This document shows, piece by piece, positions 25,290 through 38,765 of a DNA stretch of 64,000 bases (positions within the stretch are counted from its first letter, which is position 1; each line of letters opens with the position of its first letter). Both the position numbers and the translations under genes were made by a program. The stretch is from assembly GCF_018350175.1 (NCBI RefSeq), contig NC_058368.1, positions 121,646,001 to 121,710,000 on the forward strand, given 5' to 3'. The stretch is from Felis catus (lineage: Eukaryota). The notes beneath the pieces were generated by a model. It was given only the letters and a program-made list of their open reading frames with translations. It was not told the origin of the DNA and made no database searches.

Positions 25290-26255
25290 AGAATTGGGGG
25301 GATTGAGATAAATTAATGATCTAAAATAAAATACACTTCCTGGCTGTGTCTACTGAAAGGGCCTAGAAGCAGTGACACCCCACTTACAATGAGCACTCTT
25401 ATCACTCAGTTCTTGGCTTCTAGCAAACTTTTCTCACTGAAAGGACCCAGGTCTGATTCCAGGTCTGGGTCAAGGAAAGTAGAAGATGAGCTTGGGACTT
25501 TCACTGATGGAAGAGCAAGGAAGTGCTCAAAAACAGATAGGGATGTGTCAGAAGGACCCAGAAACCAATTTGAAGGTGCTCCCATTTGGGAGGGGACAAA
25601 TTTGGGACAAAATGAAAATTAAAAAGAAAATCAGTGGTAATGAATATTCTGAGTTCATCATGATATTCAAGAGAATTGCAGAAGTGTGTGTGACGGAAGA
25701 GAAAGCTCTTCTTGAACAGTGGAATGACAGCTAAAACACATGGAAAAATGATAAAGCTTTTTTAATTGTGATTTTTGCAATCACTAATATCATAGTTGAT
25801 TCAGGCAAGCCTCATTAATGATTGTTAAAACAGTCGCTGAAAATGTTGGGGACACCAGATACTCTCATATTTTCAAAGTACCATCCCGCAGATTACTCAT
25901 TCATCACTAAGGGCAAAGATGCCTTTACAGTGAGGAGTGCTAGCAGACAGATAGCACCTCAATCGACTAATTCAGCTTAGTGTAACCAATAAAAGGACAG
26001 AAAGGCATTTGTGTTGTGATGCGCTGAGATGGTCCCAGCCTCACCTCTGTGGAGTTATGCTAAAAATCTTAACTAGATATAATTCTGAAGAATTATAGAA
26101 GAAATAACCAGACAACCCAAATTGTGGACATTGTATAAAAGAACTGCCCTGAAAGTCAATGACAGGAAAGACCAATAAAAGAAAAAACAAAAAACGGGAA
26201 GGGCAGGATAATTTTTTTAGAATAAAGGAGAGACTTTTGAGAGAGAGATGACTTT

Positions 26256-26280
26256 ATTATTATTTTTTTTAATGTTTATT

Positions 26281-26330
<50 letters not shown>

Positions 26331-26488
26331 GGGGAGGAGCAGAGAGAGAGGGAGACACAGAATCTGAAGCAGGCTCCAGGCTCCGAGCTGTCAGCACAGA
26401 GTCTGATGCAGGGCTCAAACTCACGAGCTGTGAGATCATGACCTGAGCTGAAGTGGACACTTAACACACTGAGCCACCCAGGCACCCC
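26256..26488 (-). mobile_element. CanSINE with long (GA)n
   Basis: SINE body; TSD GAGAGAGATGACTTT. Confidence 0.92.
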
Positions 26489-26538
26489 AAGAAAGAGAGA
26501 GAGAGAGAGAGATGACTTTAAAATAGCATGTGATTCTT

Positions 26539-26765
26539 TTTTTTATTTAATTTTTTTTTAAATTTACATCCAAATTAGTTAGCATATAGTGCAACAATGA
26601 TTTCAGGAATAGATTTCTTAGTGCCCCTAACCCATTTAGCCCATCCCCCCTCCCACACCTCCTTCAGTAACCCTCTGTTTGTCCTCCATATTTATGAGTC
26701 TCTTATGTTTTGTCCCCCTCCATGTTTTTATATTATTTTTGTTTCCCTTCCCTTATGTTCATCTA
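26539..26765 (-). mobile_element. 5'-truncated carnivore L1 3' end (~230 bp)
   Basis: TSD AGCATGTGATTCTT (26525 / 26770); nearly identical to the 3' end of the L1 at 39532-40226. Confidence 0.88.
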
Positions 26766-28511
26766 AACCAGCATGTGATTCTTGACAAATCCTGGATAAG
26801 AATGAAAATAAAAACAAAGGCAAACCCAAAAAAGCTCCAAAGGACATTACCGGTTATGTAGGAGAATGTCCTTGTGTCTTACGAGATATATGGTGAAATA
26901 CTATGGGGTGAAGCTTCGTAGTCTCTAACCACCTTTCAAATGATTCAGTTAAAAAATAACCTCATAGAGGGGATTACGTGCAGTGAATGTACGGAGCTAA
27001 ATGTTAACAACTGATGAATATGGGTGAAGTATATTTGAGTGTTCATTGTATTATTTTCTCAACTTTTCTGTTGGTTTTTAAATTTTCATCATAAAAGGCT
27101 AGGGTGAGGGACGAACATACGGTCCGGAGGTTGGGGCATGACTGCAAGGCAATAAATCTGCAGGATAGCCAGCTAGTGACCTAGGACCTGAGTGACCTGG
27201 CCTGAAAAGATGAGCTGTCCTGTATCTGTTGGGATCCTTTTGGCTTCAAGTAACAGGATACCTGAGTCAAAGTAGCTAAAACTGTAAGGGCATCTAATTC
27301 TCTCATGTAACAAGAAGTCTAAAGGTAAATGGCTCCAAGGGTTGGTTGATTCGTCAGCTCAAGGATGTTACAGCCCTGTCAGTTTCTCTGCAGTTTTCTT
27401 GGCTTTAATTCATGGTTGCAAAATGGCTGCCATGGCTTCAAGTATCACGTCCTCACATGACATGTCCAAACCCAGCAGGAAGGACATGGGCTAACTCTTC
27501 CATTGGCTTTGCCTTCTTACATCAAGGATAAAATTCTTTCCCATAAGCCTCCCCTTCCTAAAGATTCCTCTTATATCTTTTGCTTTACAAATTAATTTAG
27601 TTTGCCACTTGGGGTTGTTCACCTGAATAAAACTGATTGAGAGCGACGGTTGTTGGAGGGCCAGCCAACCATGTTTGCCACATGAGCCAATCAGACTCAC
27701 TTGGTCAGCAATCTGAGCCAAGAAACCTGGCCTGGGTTTGCTGTTAGCACTCAAGCTGGTGACGAATGGACAACCAGAAGCTAAGTCAAGGCCATGGCAC
27801 AGCAGGCTGTGTACAAGGTAAGGTTAAGACAAGAGAAAACCCTCCAGAGAGGGTGAGGAAGCCATTTGGGAGAGAAAGGAGAAAACAGCACCTGTGCTGA
27901 GGAGAGCGGAGCTGCCTTGAGGGCTAAATACTGCTCTTCAACTGCCTAGGTCCCTCGTTTCCTGGTTATGATTTCTGTTCCAGGTCACGGAGAATATAGC
28001 AGTTAGGACTCATTTGCCAGTAACAGAACAAACAAACAAGAAACTGTCCCAGCATGAAAGAGCAAGTACTTATAAATGTACAGGAATTTCTTAAACTACC
28101 CAAGGTAGGAAGTTTGGCCTGTCCGGAAAATGCTAGAACTAGGTGGCTTGTCTCTGACTCTTCCTCTGTGTTTCTGTGGAGTCGATTTCATTCTTATCTC
28201 TGCAGTAGAATGTCTCTGCTTGCTGGCCCTATGTTATCAAACATTCACCCACACCTTCTAAATTTGCCCTAAAGTTTTGGCCCCACAAAGAACCCAGGCG
28301 GTAGTCAGTACCTAGGTCCTAGTTTCAAATTCCCAGAGGAGAGAAGCTGAGAGGCCTAAGTTGGGTCAGATGACCAATATACCAAGTCTCTAAGCTTCAG
28401 GTCACAGCACTTGCAAGCATGGGACAGGGAGGAGGAACAGTGCTAGGAGAAAGGGGTCATTGACCCAGGCTGGAAAGATATCCCCAAAGTTATCCGTCAT
28501 GATCTTCAAGA

Positions 28512-28722
28512 TAGTGGTTTGCAAGGTTTCGGTGAAGATTGGCCCCCCAGGAGGACATTTAGCAATGTCAGGAAACATTTTTGGTTATCACAATTTAGGG
28601 GGTCGGTGTTACCTGCATCTAATGGGCAGAGGCTAGGGATGTGGTTAAACACCCTAGGATGCTCCCACAACAAAAAATTATCTAGTCCCAAATGTCAATA
28701 TTGCTGAGATTGAGAACCCCTG
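28512..28722 (+). mobile_element. MER20 (hAT-Charlie MITE)
   Basis: TAGTGGTTT...GCCCCCCAGGAGGACATTTAGCAATGTC...AATGTCAATA...TTGAGAACCCCTG resembles the MER20 consensus. Confidence 0.85.
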
Positions 28723-29460
28723 CCTCCCTTTTGATTCTAGTGACTGTTCTTTCCATCAAATGGAATATCTGTACCCACAGAGAACAGAATAGGACTCGGT
28801 CAGTATTTGTTGGACAGACAGTGAATGAAAACACTGTTCTAAGGGTGTGTGGACGCCATTTCTGCTGCTGATTACCTGGGTTCAGTGGGCATTCTTAGTG
28901 AAGGAGCCCACAAAGCCCACAAAGACTGTGAGGTTCTTGCCCTGGGTGGGGGGATTGTTAAACAAAAAGAGGAGACATACAAGCAGAAGACAGAACCATA
29001 AACACACACACACACACACACACACAGCCCTTGCAAGTGCTCAAAACACAAGCAGCAGCTGCCTAGCTGGTACCTGCTCCTCCCCACACACCATAAGGGA
29101 GAGCTGTAAATCCTTAAGTCCCAAACAGCTGCCAGTCAGGATCGGCGTGTCTTTTTTTCTCCCCACACTAACTTGTCAGGCAGGAAGGGACAGGCTCCAG
29201 GCCACTGGGTTTCTTTTTGGCTTAGGCAATACAACATCTGCTTTCATTTCCCGAGAAGTGTTGTCAGCCTGAAATTTAAAAATAAAAATAAAATTCTATA
29301 AATGGTACAGAGCATAGAAGGCTTCAGGAACAAGGAGAAGAAAGATTTTGTAAACCTGGACATTTTCCTGAAATTCCTGATAAACTCGCGTCTGCTATTT
29401 GGCAAAGTTTTCTGGAGGTTTCCCAGCATAAACATCAGAGAGTAGATAACTCAGGGTCTC

Positions 29461-29479
29461 TGCTGCCCTCTAGTGGCAA
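29461..29479 (-). promoter_or_regulatory. CTCF motif (minus strand TTGCCACTAGAGGGCAGCA)
   Basis: Near-perfect match to the CTCF core consensus in non-repeat sequence. Confidence 0.75.
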
Positions 29480-29549
29480 TAATGAAGACTAGCAGGGGGT
29501 TCAGAGAAGGAGAGAGGCTTTTCAGTACATTGCTTTATTACTTCATCTA

Positions 29550-30010
29550 ATTTCTCAGTAGGTATTTACTGAGCTTATCCTCTGTGCAGACACCGGGCTA
29601 GGCATTAAATCCAGTAGTGAGAAATACACCCTGTTCTCATGCGATGTACATTCTAGCAAAGCGGATAGACTGTGTATGTGGCAACACATAAATATTTTAA
29701 GGTTGTTCAAAGTACTCTGAAAATAATTACCAGGGAAACAGGGGAGAAAGAACACTTTAAGATCGGATGGGCTGGGAAGGTGACGTGTGAGCTGAGACTG
29801 GAAGGGAGACAAAGCTGGCAGTGCTGAGAACAGGACCAAAGGCTTTCCAGGCAGATTGAGGAGGGGGTGTCAACTCTGGAGGCAGGAAAGAGCTTGGCGG
29901 GTCCTGAATCCAGGGTGGAGCAGGGGACAGAGTGGAGGAAAGACCAGGTCATGAAGGGACCCTGTGGTCTGCAAAGGAACTTGGATTTTATTCAGAGTAA
30001 ATCTTACTCT
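29550..30010 (-). mobile_element. L2 LINE fragment
   Basis: gtatttactgagc...ggtgacgtgtgagctgagactggaagg...aaggaacttggattttattc, typical antisense L2 3' sequence. Confidence 0.65.
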
Positions 30011-31872
30011 GTAGAGGAAGCTATTGAAGTTTGCTATTTTTGTTTTTAAAACATTATTCTTTATGATGCAACATATTTGCTACAGGGTATCAATACAGAT
30101 GTTTCCAGAAGTAGGAGAAAGTTCACAAAGGTGCATACGTTAAACAAGTGAGTAAGCATCTAATAGGTAAATATACTTTGTCTCTCGTGTGTGGTTAAAG
30201 GAAGGGGACGGGACTGGGATGCCGAGCCAGATGGGGCCGTGCGGGAGTCACGCTGGGCCGGAGCGACCGTGCGGAGATGGACAGAAACGGAGGCCGGGAG
30301 GTGCACCTTCAGGACCTGGGGACTGGCCACAGATGGAAGATGGTGATAGATAGAGAGAGCTGCCAAAGGCAAGAAAATCAGGTCTGACACGCGGCTGAAG
30401 AGAAGTGGCGTTTGCAGGCTCCGACCCTGGCTCCTTGCGGGCCAGCAGGCGAGGGCTGTACACGTGTGTGCTTTGCTCTCTTTCCTTTGCCTCAGTCTGG
30501 GTGATTGTACCCGACAGTTCCCGGGGAGGCATCCCTCATAAAAATGGCCGTAAAGCCTTTTGCTAATATGAAGCCTCCCATAAATGTCAGGGGATGAGAA
30601 TTATAGCCCCGCAGCCTCATAAAAGAGAGAGCGTGTCGTGGCTTGAGGAAGCCACAGCGACTGTGAGGGCACCAAGCTGTCTTTCCAAGCTGTATTTTAG
30701 TTTCGGGGGAGATATGACCGGAGGAAGCGGAGTACTAGTGAGGCCACAGTGGCTCCCAGCCCTTCTTGAAAGGCCCAGTTATCAAACCTGTCAGCAAAGC
30801 TTCTCTGCACCCGGCCGGGGCTTTTTCAAGGTGAAGCAGAACATGTTCTTAACTGCTTCTTACTTGGAACGAATTAGTCTGAACGGAGAGTTAATGTTAC
30901 TACCAGCTCTTTGTAACTATTCTTACTAACTCAGCCGGGAGGAGTAGGGGTATTAGGGAATCTGGCCTCAGGCAGCCTCTGATTCTGGGGAATAAACAAC
31001 ATACTGTTTCCCGCCTCTTCCAGTCCTTGACCCACCTGTCAGCTAATTAGTGCATGTTACCCAGGTGTTTTCCTGCCCTGAGCCGCTGCCCTGCTCACCA
31101 TCTGCCTGACAATCCTTTGATGTACCCCATATGTCTAACAGCCACGACCCTAGTGCCCTTTATTTCTCCTCTTTTATTTCTCTCTCTTTGCTCCGTGTTC
31201 AACATACGGCTCAACATCGCTGGGATCAGATGATAAGCGTGGCAATTGTGCTGAGGGCCTGGAAACTGGGCTCAGGGGCCTAGAAACAGGATCTGAAGGC
31301 CCCTCTCAGAAGAAGCTACTCAGAGCTGACTGCCAGCTGGATGAGTAACTTCGGGGAGCACATACACGCTGAAAAAGTCACATAAAAACAATGGTAGCTG
31401 ACGTCTATACTGAGGCCTGACTGCGCGCCAGGCACCTGCCCCGATGGCCTTAACTCAGGTGGGCCTTATAATAACCTTAGGCGGTGAGTACAACTGCTAT
31501 TTTCGTTTTCATATGAGGAAGCTGGGGTCTGGGGAGGTGGTGACTTCTGCAGGGTGAGCGCTGGTAAGTGGTAGGACCCTTTTTCAATGCAAGTCTGATC
31601 TTGAAGTCTGTGCACTGCTCTGTCTCTGGCCCATCAGTTAGGATAACATGAGATTCCTAATGGCATGAGGGATATTCTGCTCTGTTTTTTTGTTGAAGCC
31701 ATGCTGCCTTTGTTTTTTTTTTTTTTCCCCTAACTTTCCCTCTACACATCTGTGTGTGCGCACACCCTCTCCCACCCTCCCACCCACACACGTCTTCACC
31801 TATATGCCCATCCCAACCCTTGGGCCCTAGTGGCATTTTGACATTGAATCAAAATTACACTGACATTATTAT

Positions 31873-32086
31873 TATTATTTTTTAATTTTATTTATTTTTT
31901 TGGGAGAGAGAGAGACAGAGCATGAACGGGGGAGGGGCAGAGAGAGAGGGAGACACAGAATCAGAAACAGGCTCCAGGCTCTGAGCCATCAGCCCAGGGC
32001 CCGACGCGGGGCTCGAACCCACGGACCGCGAGATCGTGACCTGGCTGAAGTCGGACGCTTAACCGACTGCGCCACCCAGGTGCCCC
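31873..32086 (-). mobile_element. Young felid SINEC_Fc
   Basis: 17-bp TSD TACACTGACATTATTAT (31856 / 32087). Confidence 0.95.
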
Positions 32087-32760
32087 TACACTGACATTAT
32101 TATATGTTCACTGAGAAAGCTTTTTCAGGAGCAAACACCGCTAGCCCCCATACCTTCCAACAAACTCCAATACTAATAAAGCCCCTAAAACATCAACCAA
32201 TTTGTGGGTCAACTTTCTATATTATGAAATATTTTTTTTTACCATTTTTGCTATTGATTTTTCATTTACTAAGTTAATAATAAATAATAATAAACTGACA
32301 ATACTGTCTTTCAGACAGAATTGAGTGTTCACTTAAATTTCAGAGGGAAGATTTGAATCAGCCAGCAGTTTTATCTATATCAAATTTTACCAATTTTTAT
32401 ATTGTTTTCATGAGGGTCCTTCAGTGACTGTTAGTTCTGCCAGACCCAACTTTTCCGAGACAAATTTTGCAAATTAGCACTTGAAGATTTGACCTTTGGG
32501 TCAGTTTTTAGTCAGCAACCATATTTTGCCACACACAACCATAGCCGTTCTTAGGTTTAATTTGTGTTGGTTATTTTTTACCAGAAATATCCATTATGAA
32601 CTGGACACTAGACTAATAGTTTATATTTATTTCTTGGTTACCTGTGAGAAAGTTGGGAGCATTTTATGCAACAGAGAGAGCTAGATAAAACAGAGAGAAG
32701 GATCCAGGCATGGAGAGATAAATAAAGCAAGCGGAGATCAAGTAAAAAGAATAAAATTTA

Positions 32761-32924
32761 GGGGTGCCTGGGTGGCTCAGTTGATTAAGCACCTGACTTT
32801 TGATTTCGGTTCAGGTCATGATCTCACAGTTTGTGAGTTTGAGCCCCACGTCTGCACTGTTAGTGCAGAGCCGGCTTGGGCTCTGTCTCTGTCTCTCTCT
32901 CAAAAATAAATAAACATTAAAAAA
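32761..32924 (+). mobile_element. CanSINE (internally shortened)
   Basis: Head GGGGTGCCTGGGTGGCTCAG; TSD AAAAAGAATAAAA. Confidence 0.9.
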
Positions 32925-33955
32925 GAATAAAAATTATATTTATAGTAATGGTAATAGGTATCGTTTATTGAGCACTTACTATGAGCACTGTTCTAAACTC
33001 TTTAAATGGGCTTATATTCACTTCACTGTTACAATAACTCTTTGCAGAGATATAATTGTTATTTCCAGTTTATGATGGGGAAGCTTTGGCACAAAGACTG
33101 AAAGTGAATTATCCCAAAATACACAGCCGGCAGGAGGCAGATCCAGGATTCAAACCCAGGCAGCCTGCAGCAGAGAAGCCACAGCGGTCCTTGTGCCTTG
33201 ATTGCTTACTTCTCAATATTGCAGCATCAAAATGTCCTCTAGAACAAAATGGTGCCATGAGTCAAAATGCCCTTCTTTCACCCCATGCTTTTTGGCCACC
33301 CAAAATGCCTCCCCACATTATCTGTGCCCAGTGTAGTCACATGCTTCTTACATAGGAGCTGGCCTGACCTCAGCGACGAGGAGCCCCCTGCCCACAGGGC
33401 TGGGTCTCTTGCCCCTCTCCCTCTGCTGGGCTCCCCAGGATCTGAGCTAATCCTTGCTGGAGGTCTTATCATCTGTGTTGCCAATTTTGTTTCTTAGTCT
33501 TCCTCCTTAGACCACCAGCTCCTTAAGGACAGGAGTTGGTTTGTTTCCATGTCCCTAGTGTAGGGCTAGTACGCATTAGAAAGGCTGTGAAATTTCTCCA
33601 ATGAGTGAGTGTGTCATTTCACTAATAGTGACTTCCACTAATAGTGATTTGCTTTGTGGTTTACTTTTTAGTGCAAATACTTTGGCCTAACAGGTTCTTC
33701 TGCATAAAGGGAGCTGTGACCTTTCATGACAGTCCTGGAAGCTTGCTAATTAAAAGCTCGTGGAGTCTTGATGTTCTGCGCAAGTGACTGGGCTGTGGGT
33801 AAATTATTTCTACTGGTTTCTATTTTGTTCTAAAAACCCTACAGTATCTGGTGATAACAGATTTCATTAGCAAGGGAATTTGAATATAGCAGAGTGAATC
33901 AAAGTCTAAAACCAGTCTGTTGAGAATATACATCTGTACTATACTGCATATATAG

Positions 33956-33962
<7 letters not shown>

Positions 33963-33997
<35 letters not shown>
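33963..33997. repeat. (TG)n microsatellite
   Basis: Direct inspection. Confidence 0.95.
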
Positions 33998-33999
<2 letters not shown>

Positions 34000-34074
34000 G
34001 TACTTAATACTTGATCTGTAAAGTTGGAGAAGTTATCCCTGTGTATTACCTAGGCTGTCCAAGTCAGAAATCTT

Positions 34075-35045
34075 TTTTTTTTTTAATTTTTTTTTTCAAC
34101 ATTTTTTATTTATTTTTGGGACAGAGAGAGACAGAGCATGAACGGGGGAGGGGCAGAGAGAGAGGGAGACACAGAATCGGAAACAGGCTCCAGGCTCTGA
34201 GCCATCAGCCCAGAGCCCGACGCGGGGCTCGAACTCCCAGACCGCGAGATCGTGACCTGGCTGAAGTCGGACGCTTAACCGACTGCGCCACCCAGGCGCC
34301 CCAGAAATCTTTTTTTTTTTTAACGTTTATTTATTTTTGAGACAGAGAGAGACAGAGCATGAACAGGGGAGGGGCAGAGAGAGAGGGAGACACAGAATCC
34401 GAAACAGGTTCCAGACTCTGAGCTGTCAGCCCAGAGCCCGACGCGGGGCTCGAACTCACAGACCGCGAGATCATGACCTGAGCCGAAGTCAGATGCTTAA
34501 CCGACCGAGCCACCCAGGCACCCCTGCAAGTCAGAAATCTTAATGTTGCCTAAAACTCCCCACCTGTCCCACACTCAAATCCAACCCATCACTGAGTTTT
34601 GTTGATTCTTTTATTTTTTTTTAAGGCTTTATTTATTTATTTTGAGAGAGAGAGCGCACCAGTGGGCGAGGGGCCGGGAGAGAGGGTTGGGAGAATCCCA
34701 AGCAGGCTCCAGGCTGTCAGCACAGAGTTCGACACAGGGCTCCATCTCAGAAACCGTAAGATCACGACGTCTGCTGAAACCGAGAGTTGGACGCTTAACT
34801 GACTGAGCCACACTGGCGCCCTGATTCTTTTATTTTTTATTTTTATTTTTTTAATGTTTATTTATTTTCCAGAGAGAAAGAGAGACACAGAGTGTGAGTG
34901 GGGAAGGGACAGAGAGAGAGAGGAGGACACAAAATCTGAAGCAGGCTCCGGGCTCTGAGCTGTCAGCACACAGAGCCCCACGCTGGGGCCGAACATGTGA
35001 ACTGAGAGATCATGACAGGAGCGGAAGTTGGTTGCCCAATTGCCT
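34075..35045 (-). mobile_element. Cluster of four CanSINEs (two nested pairs)
   Basis: TSDs CAAGTCAGAAATCTT (34060 / 34527), AGAAATCTTTT (34066 / 34303), TGATTCTTTTATTTTT (34603 / 34822). Confidence 0.92.
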
Positions 35046-37050
35046 GGCTCTGGATCCTATCTTTTAAATAGTTTCTGAACCTGCTCCCTCTTCTCCATCT
35101 CACTGTCATTGTTTCAGCTCAAAGTCCCATCGTGGTCAAAAACAAAAGCTTTCTAGGTCTCCCTGACTTCAAGTTTGCTGTGTTTCAACTCCTTATCTGC
35201 ACTGTAATCCAAGCGATCATTTTAAGAAGCAGATCTGATCCTGTCACTCCCCAGCTTGGAATTCTCAAATAATTTATCACCTGCAGAATAAAATAGAACC
35301 TCACCCACCTTTTCAGTCCTGCTGCCTGCCACTCCCCTATATGTTAGTCCTTCCGTCACGTAGTTCCTAAAATTACTTCCAAAACACTGTCCTTAATACA
35401 TCCTTTCCTAGTCCTTTCTGCTGCCTCAGTTTCCACCTCCACAGCGCATTCTCCCTCCAAATATAGTTGCCCCTTCTGTATTTCTGCCTGAGTTCCAAGC
35501 CGTATGGCATAAACGTTGGAAGCAAGTGTAGTAGTGTGGCATTGACTGAATAGGGCACTTACTGTAGGAGTTCGGGCCACTCAGTTAACCTTTGTAATGT
35601 CATCTGCAAAGCGGAGATGATAAGTCACAGCTGCGTTTCACTGTCATGAGGAGTTACGTGCGAAGTTCCATGTAAAGTGCTTGCATGTAGTAATCACTCG
35701 GTAAATATTAGTCATTTGTCTTGGCTAAGATTTGGCTTATTTACCCCTTTTCTAGACTGTACTCCATGGACAATGAATCTCGCATCGTTAGCAGCTATGA
35801 TAGTTCCTCACACAAAATGAATGTTCATTACATGTTTGCTAGAAGGGACAAATGAATGGATTTGCCAAATGGACAAGTTAATTATCTTCTGAATCCAAAA
35901 TTAGAACCCTTGGTCTGATACATTTTGTGTAATGAAGAAGAGTTCAAGTAACTTCTAAAATGGTGAGTTATTACTTGAGCAATAAACAGTGATTGCCTCA
36001 ATCTGTCCTGACACTTGTGTGAAGCTTAATGAGACACTGCAGGTGTTGAGTTTTATAAATTTTGAGAGACCGAACTTTCTGTCAGATTTAACCAAGGAAG
36101 TAAAGTCGTAGAGACTTGGGTTCTAGTCCTGTGTCTGCCACTAACTGGATATATGACCACGACAAAGTTAATAATCTCTCAGGGTCTCTATTTCCTCATC
36201 CGTAGACAAAGAATGTTGGACCAGATGAGATTCCTTTCAGCTCTCCAGTAAACTCCTTTTGTAACTTCTCAGGTAGCAATGTAGGGAATTTGTATCTGAC
36301 AGATAGTCTATAAAACAAGTGTAATATAACATATAATATAATAACAAGTGACAGTCTTAAAACAAGTCTTAAATATTAACTTTCAACAAGGATTCCTGAG
36401 ATGATGTTGTTTTAATTTTGAGGAACAAAATCTTAATAGTATGATTTGGGGGCTGGAATGAGCCATAAAAGACAGGATTGTTGTTAATAAAAGAAAGAGA
36501 AGGGCTCCCTTTGACCAATTCAGTAAAAGAAATAGTGTTTACTTTACACAGTGGATTTGGTGTACTGTTTGGATCAATAAGCAAGATGTTGTAAATGTGT
36601 CATTGAGTATTCTGGGGACAAATCCAAAGGTTCTAGCAAAATGCATACACAGTGGACTTAGATCCAGTCATCTGTGTTAATGAAACCAAAGCTTGCAGAT
36701 GACTAGGTGACTATTCCAGGACAAATCCAAATGAGGGTAATCTTAGGGAATGCGATTACCATTTAATAAGCGGAGGCCTAAGTAATCACATGGTATCCAA
36801 CTGAGGAAAAATTGTGGAAACGAAACATAGATAGTTGTCTTAGTGCAGGTGTCTTCTACTCTGTGATTCATAGATCCCAGGTGGTCAGTGGAACTATCTT
36901 AAGGGTCTACAAATTCATGAGCTTGTCAACCACTTATTGTCTGTTGACTGAATCAATCAATTATGTTAATGATAAAAATGACTTCCTTTCTGTTTGTTCC
37001 CTACAGAGCAGAATGGAAAAGAACACATTTCTTTTTAAAATGTCCTTCTA

Positions 37051-37275
37051 GGGGTGCCTGGGTGGCTCAGTCGGTTAAGTGTCCGACTTTGGCTCAGGTC
37101 ATGATCTCATGGTTCATGGGTTCGAGCCCCGTGTCGGGCCCTGTGCTGGCAGGTCAGAGCCTGGAGCCTGCTTCGGATTCTGTGTCTCCCTCTCTCTCTC
37201 TGCTCCTCCCCTGCTCACACTGTGTCTCTCTTTCTCTCTCAAAAATAAATGAACATTAAAAAATAAATAAATAAA
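37051..37275 (+). mobile_element. CanSINE (SINEC_Fc-like)
   Basis: TSD TAAAATGTCCTTCTA / TAAAATGCCCTTCTA. Confidence 0.93.
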
Positions 37276-37949
37276 ATGCCCTTCTAGTTAGGGAAGTAGG
37301 CTTTGGTGCACATGAGAGGAAGAGCAGAGAGATCCCCAATACAAGAGCATACAGAGGTGGTCTAAATGGAAGGTATATCTCTATTTGGAATAGTGAATTA
37401 TCAGTCCGTCATGACCCACTGTTATTAAAAATTCAAATCAGATAACTTACTGCCCTTGTTCTACTTCCAATCTCATTGAGCTGTTTTCTGATAATTTCGC
37501 TGGCTCTGTAAGTTGGCCCACAGGGAGGACAGGGACATCTAGCTCACCTGACTATTGTAATTCTCTGTAAATAAACTGGCATTCTGGTTTGTGGAGATGG
37601 GTCTTTACGTGCTCACTTTAAAGTGAGTGTTTTGACTTTGGTTCTGGTCTTATTGTGCCAACAAAATCTGTTGGGGAGACTGCAAAGCTAGGAGTGCAAT
37701 CCTTAACCACAAGTATTTCCCAAGATCAAGGGCATCTTGGGAGGACTCGGCACTTAGGTAGCTGAGACTTTTCTAGGGACATCTCTTTGCGTTACTTGCC
37801 CTCATCATTGGATAAGTGTCTCATCTCGTCTTCTCAGTTTGTAGATGGATAAATTAAGGTAAACATCATAATATGGCTGTGGTTTGTACCCTCTGTCCTT
37901 GGTTAGCACCACTGAAAGCTAGTTGTCTGGAAGCTTATGACGCATTTTG

Positions 37950-38765
37950 AAATCTTTTCATTTTGAAATAATTTTGAATTTACAGAAGAGACACAAAGTT
38001 ACCACAGAGATACCCTAATGTTAACCTATTATGCAACCATAGTACATTTATCAAAACCAAAAGGTACAATTCTAACTGAACTACCAGCTTTATTCAAATC
38101 TCCTCAGTTGTTTTCCCACAAGTGTCCTTTTTCTGTTCCAGGATGCAATCCAAGATACCACATTGCATTTAGTTGTTACATTTCCTCTGCTGCCTTAAAG
38201 CTGTGATAGTTTCTCAGTCCTTCCCCTTCTGTCATGACTTACACACTTTTGGAGAATATCGGTCAGGTATTTTGTAGAATGCCCTTAATTGCTATTTGTT
38301 TAATGTTTCCTCAGGTTTAGACTGATGTTATGGATTTTGGGGAGGAATGCCACGGAGGTGAAGAGACCTCCTCATCACATCGTATCAGGGGTGCACACCT
38401 TCACTAAAGATATTAACCCTGAGCACTTGGTTGAGATCGTTTGTGCCATATTTCTTCACTCTAAGTGTAAACTCTGTTAGGTAGAGTCCCTAAGTTCAGC
38501 CTACACTCAAGGAGAAGAACATCAACCTCCACCTTTTGGAGGGAGGAGTCTCAAAGAATTCATTGGCATATCTTAAAACCACTGCAGTATTTTATAAATT
38601 TTGGGTGGAGATATTTTGAGCCTATGCAGTATCTTCTTTGTCTTCACAGTTTCATCCACTAATTTAGGCATGCATCAGAAGAACTTGCCTGCAGCATGAT
38701 TACTTTGGTATCCTAACGGTGATTTTCTGTTTTCTTCGTTGCTTCTACATTTATTAGAAACAATA
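37950..38765 (-). mobile_element. Old L1M (MB/MC-type) 3' fragment
   Basis: ttttgaaataattttgaatttacagaa...cattgcatttagttg...ggtcaggtattttgtagaatgccc motifs. Confidence 0.7.

Larger units (their letters stand above)
22250..26200 (+). mobile_element. Ancient L1ME/HAL1-type fragments hosting younger insertions
   Basis: A-rich ORF1-like remnant near 23155 (ENFPEIK) and L1M-type 3' sequence at 24700-26200; boundaries uncertain. Confidence 0.5.
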
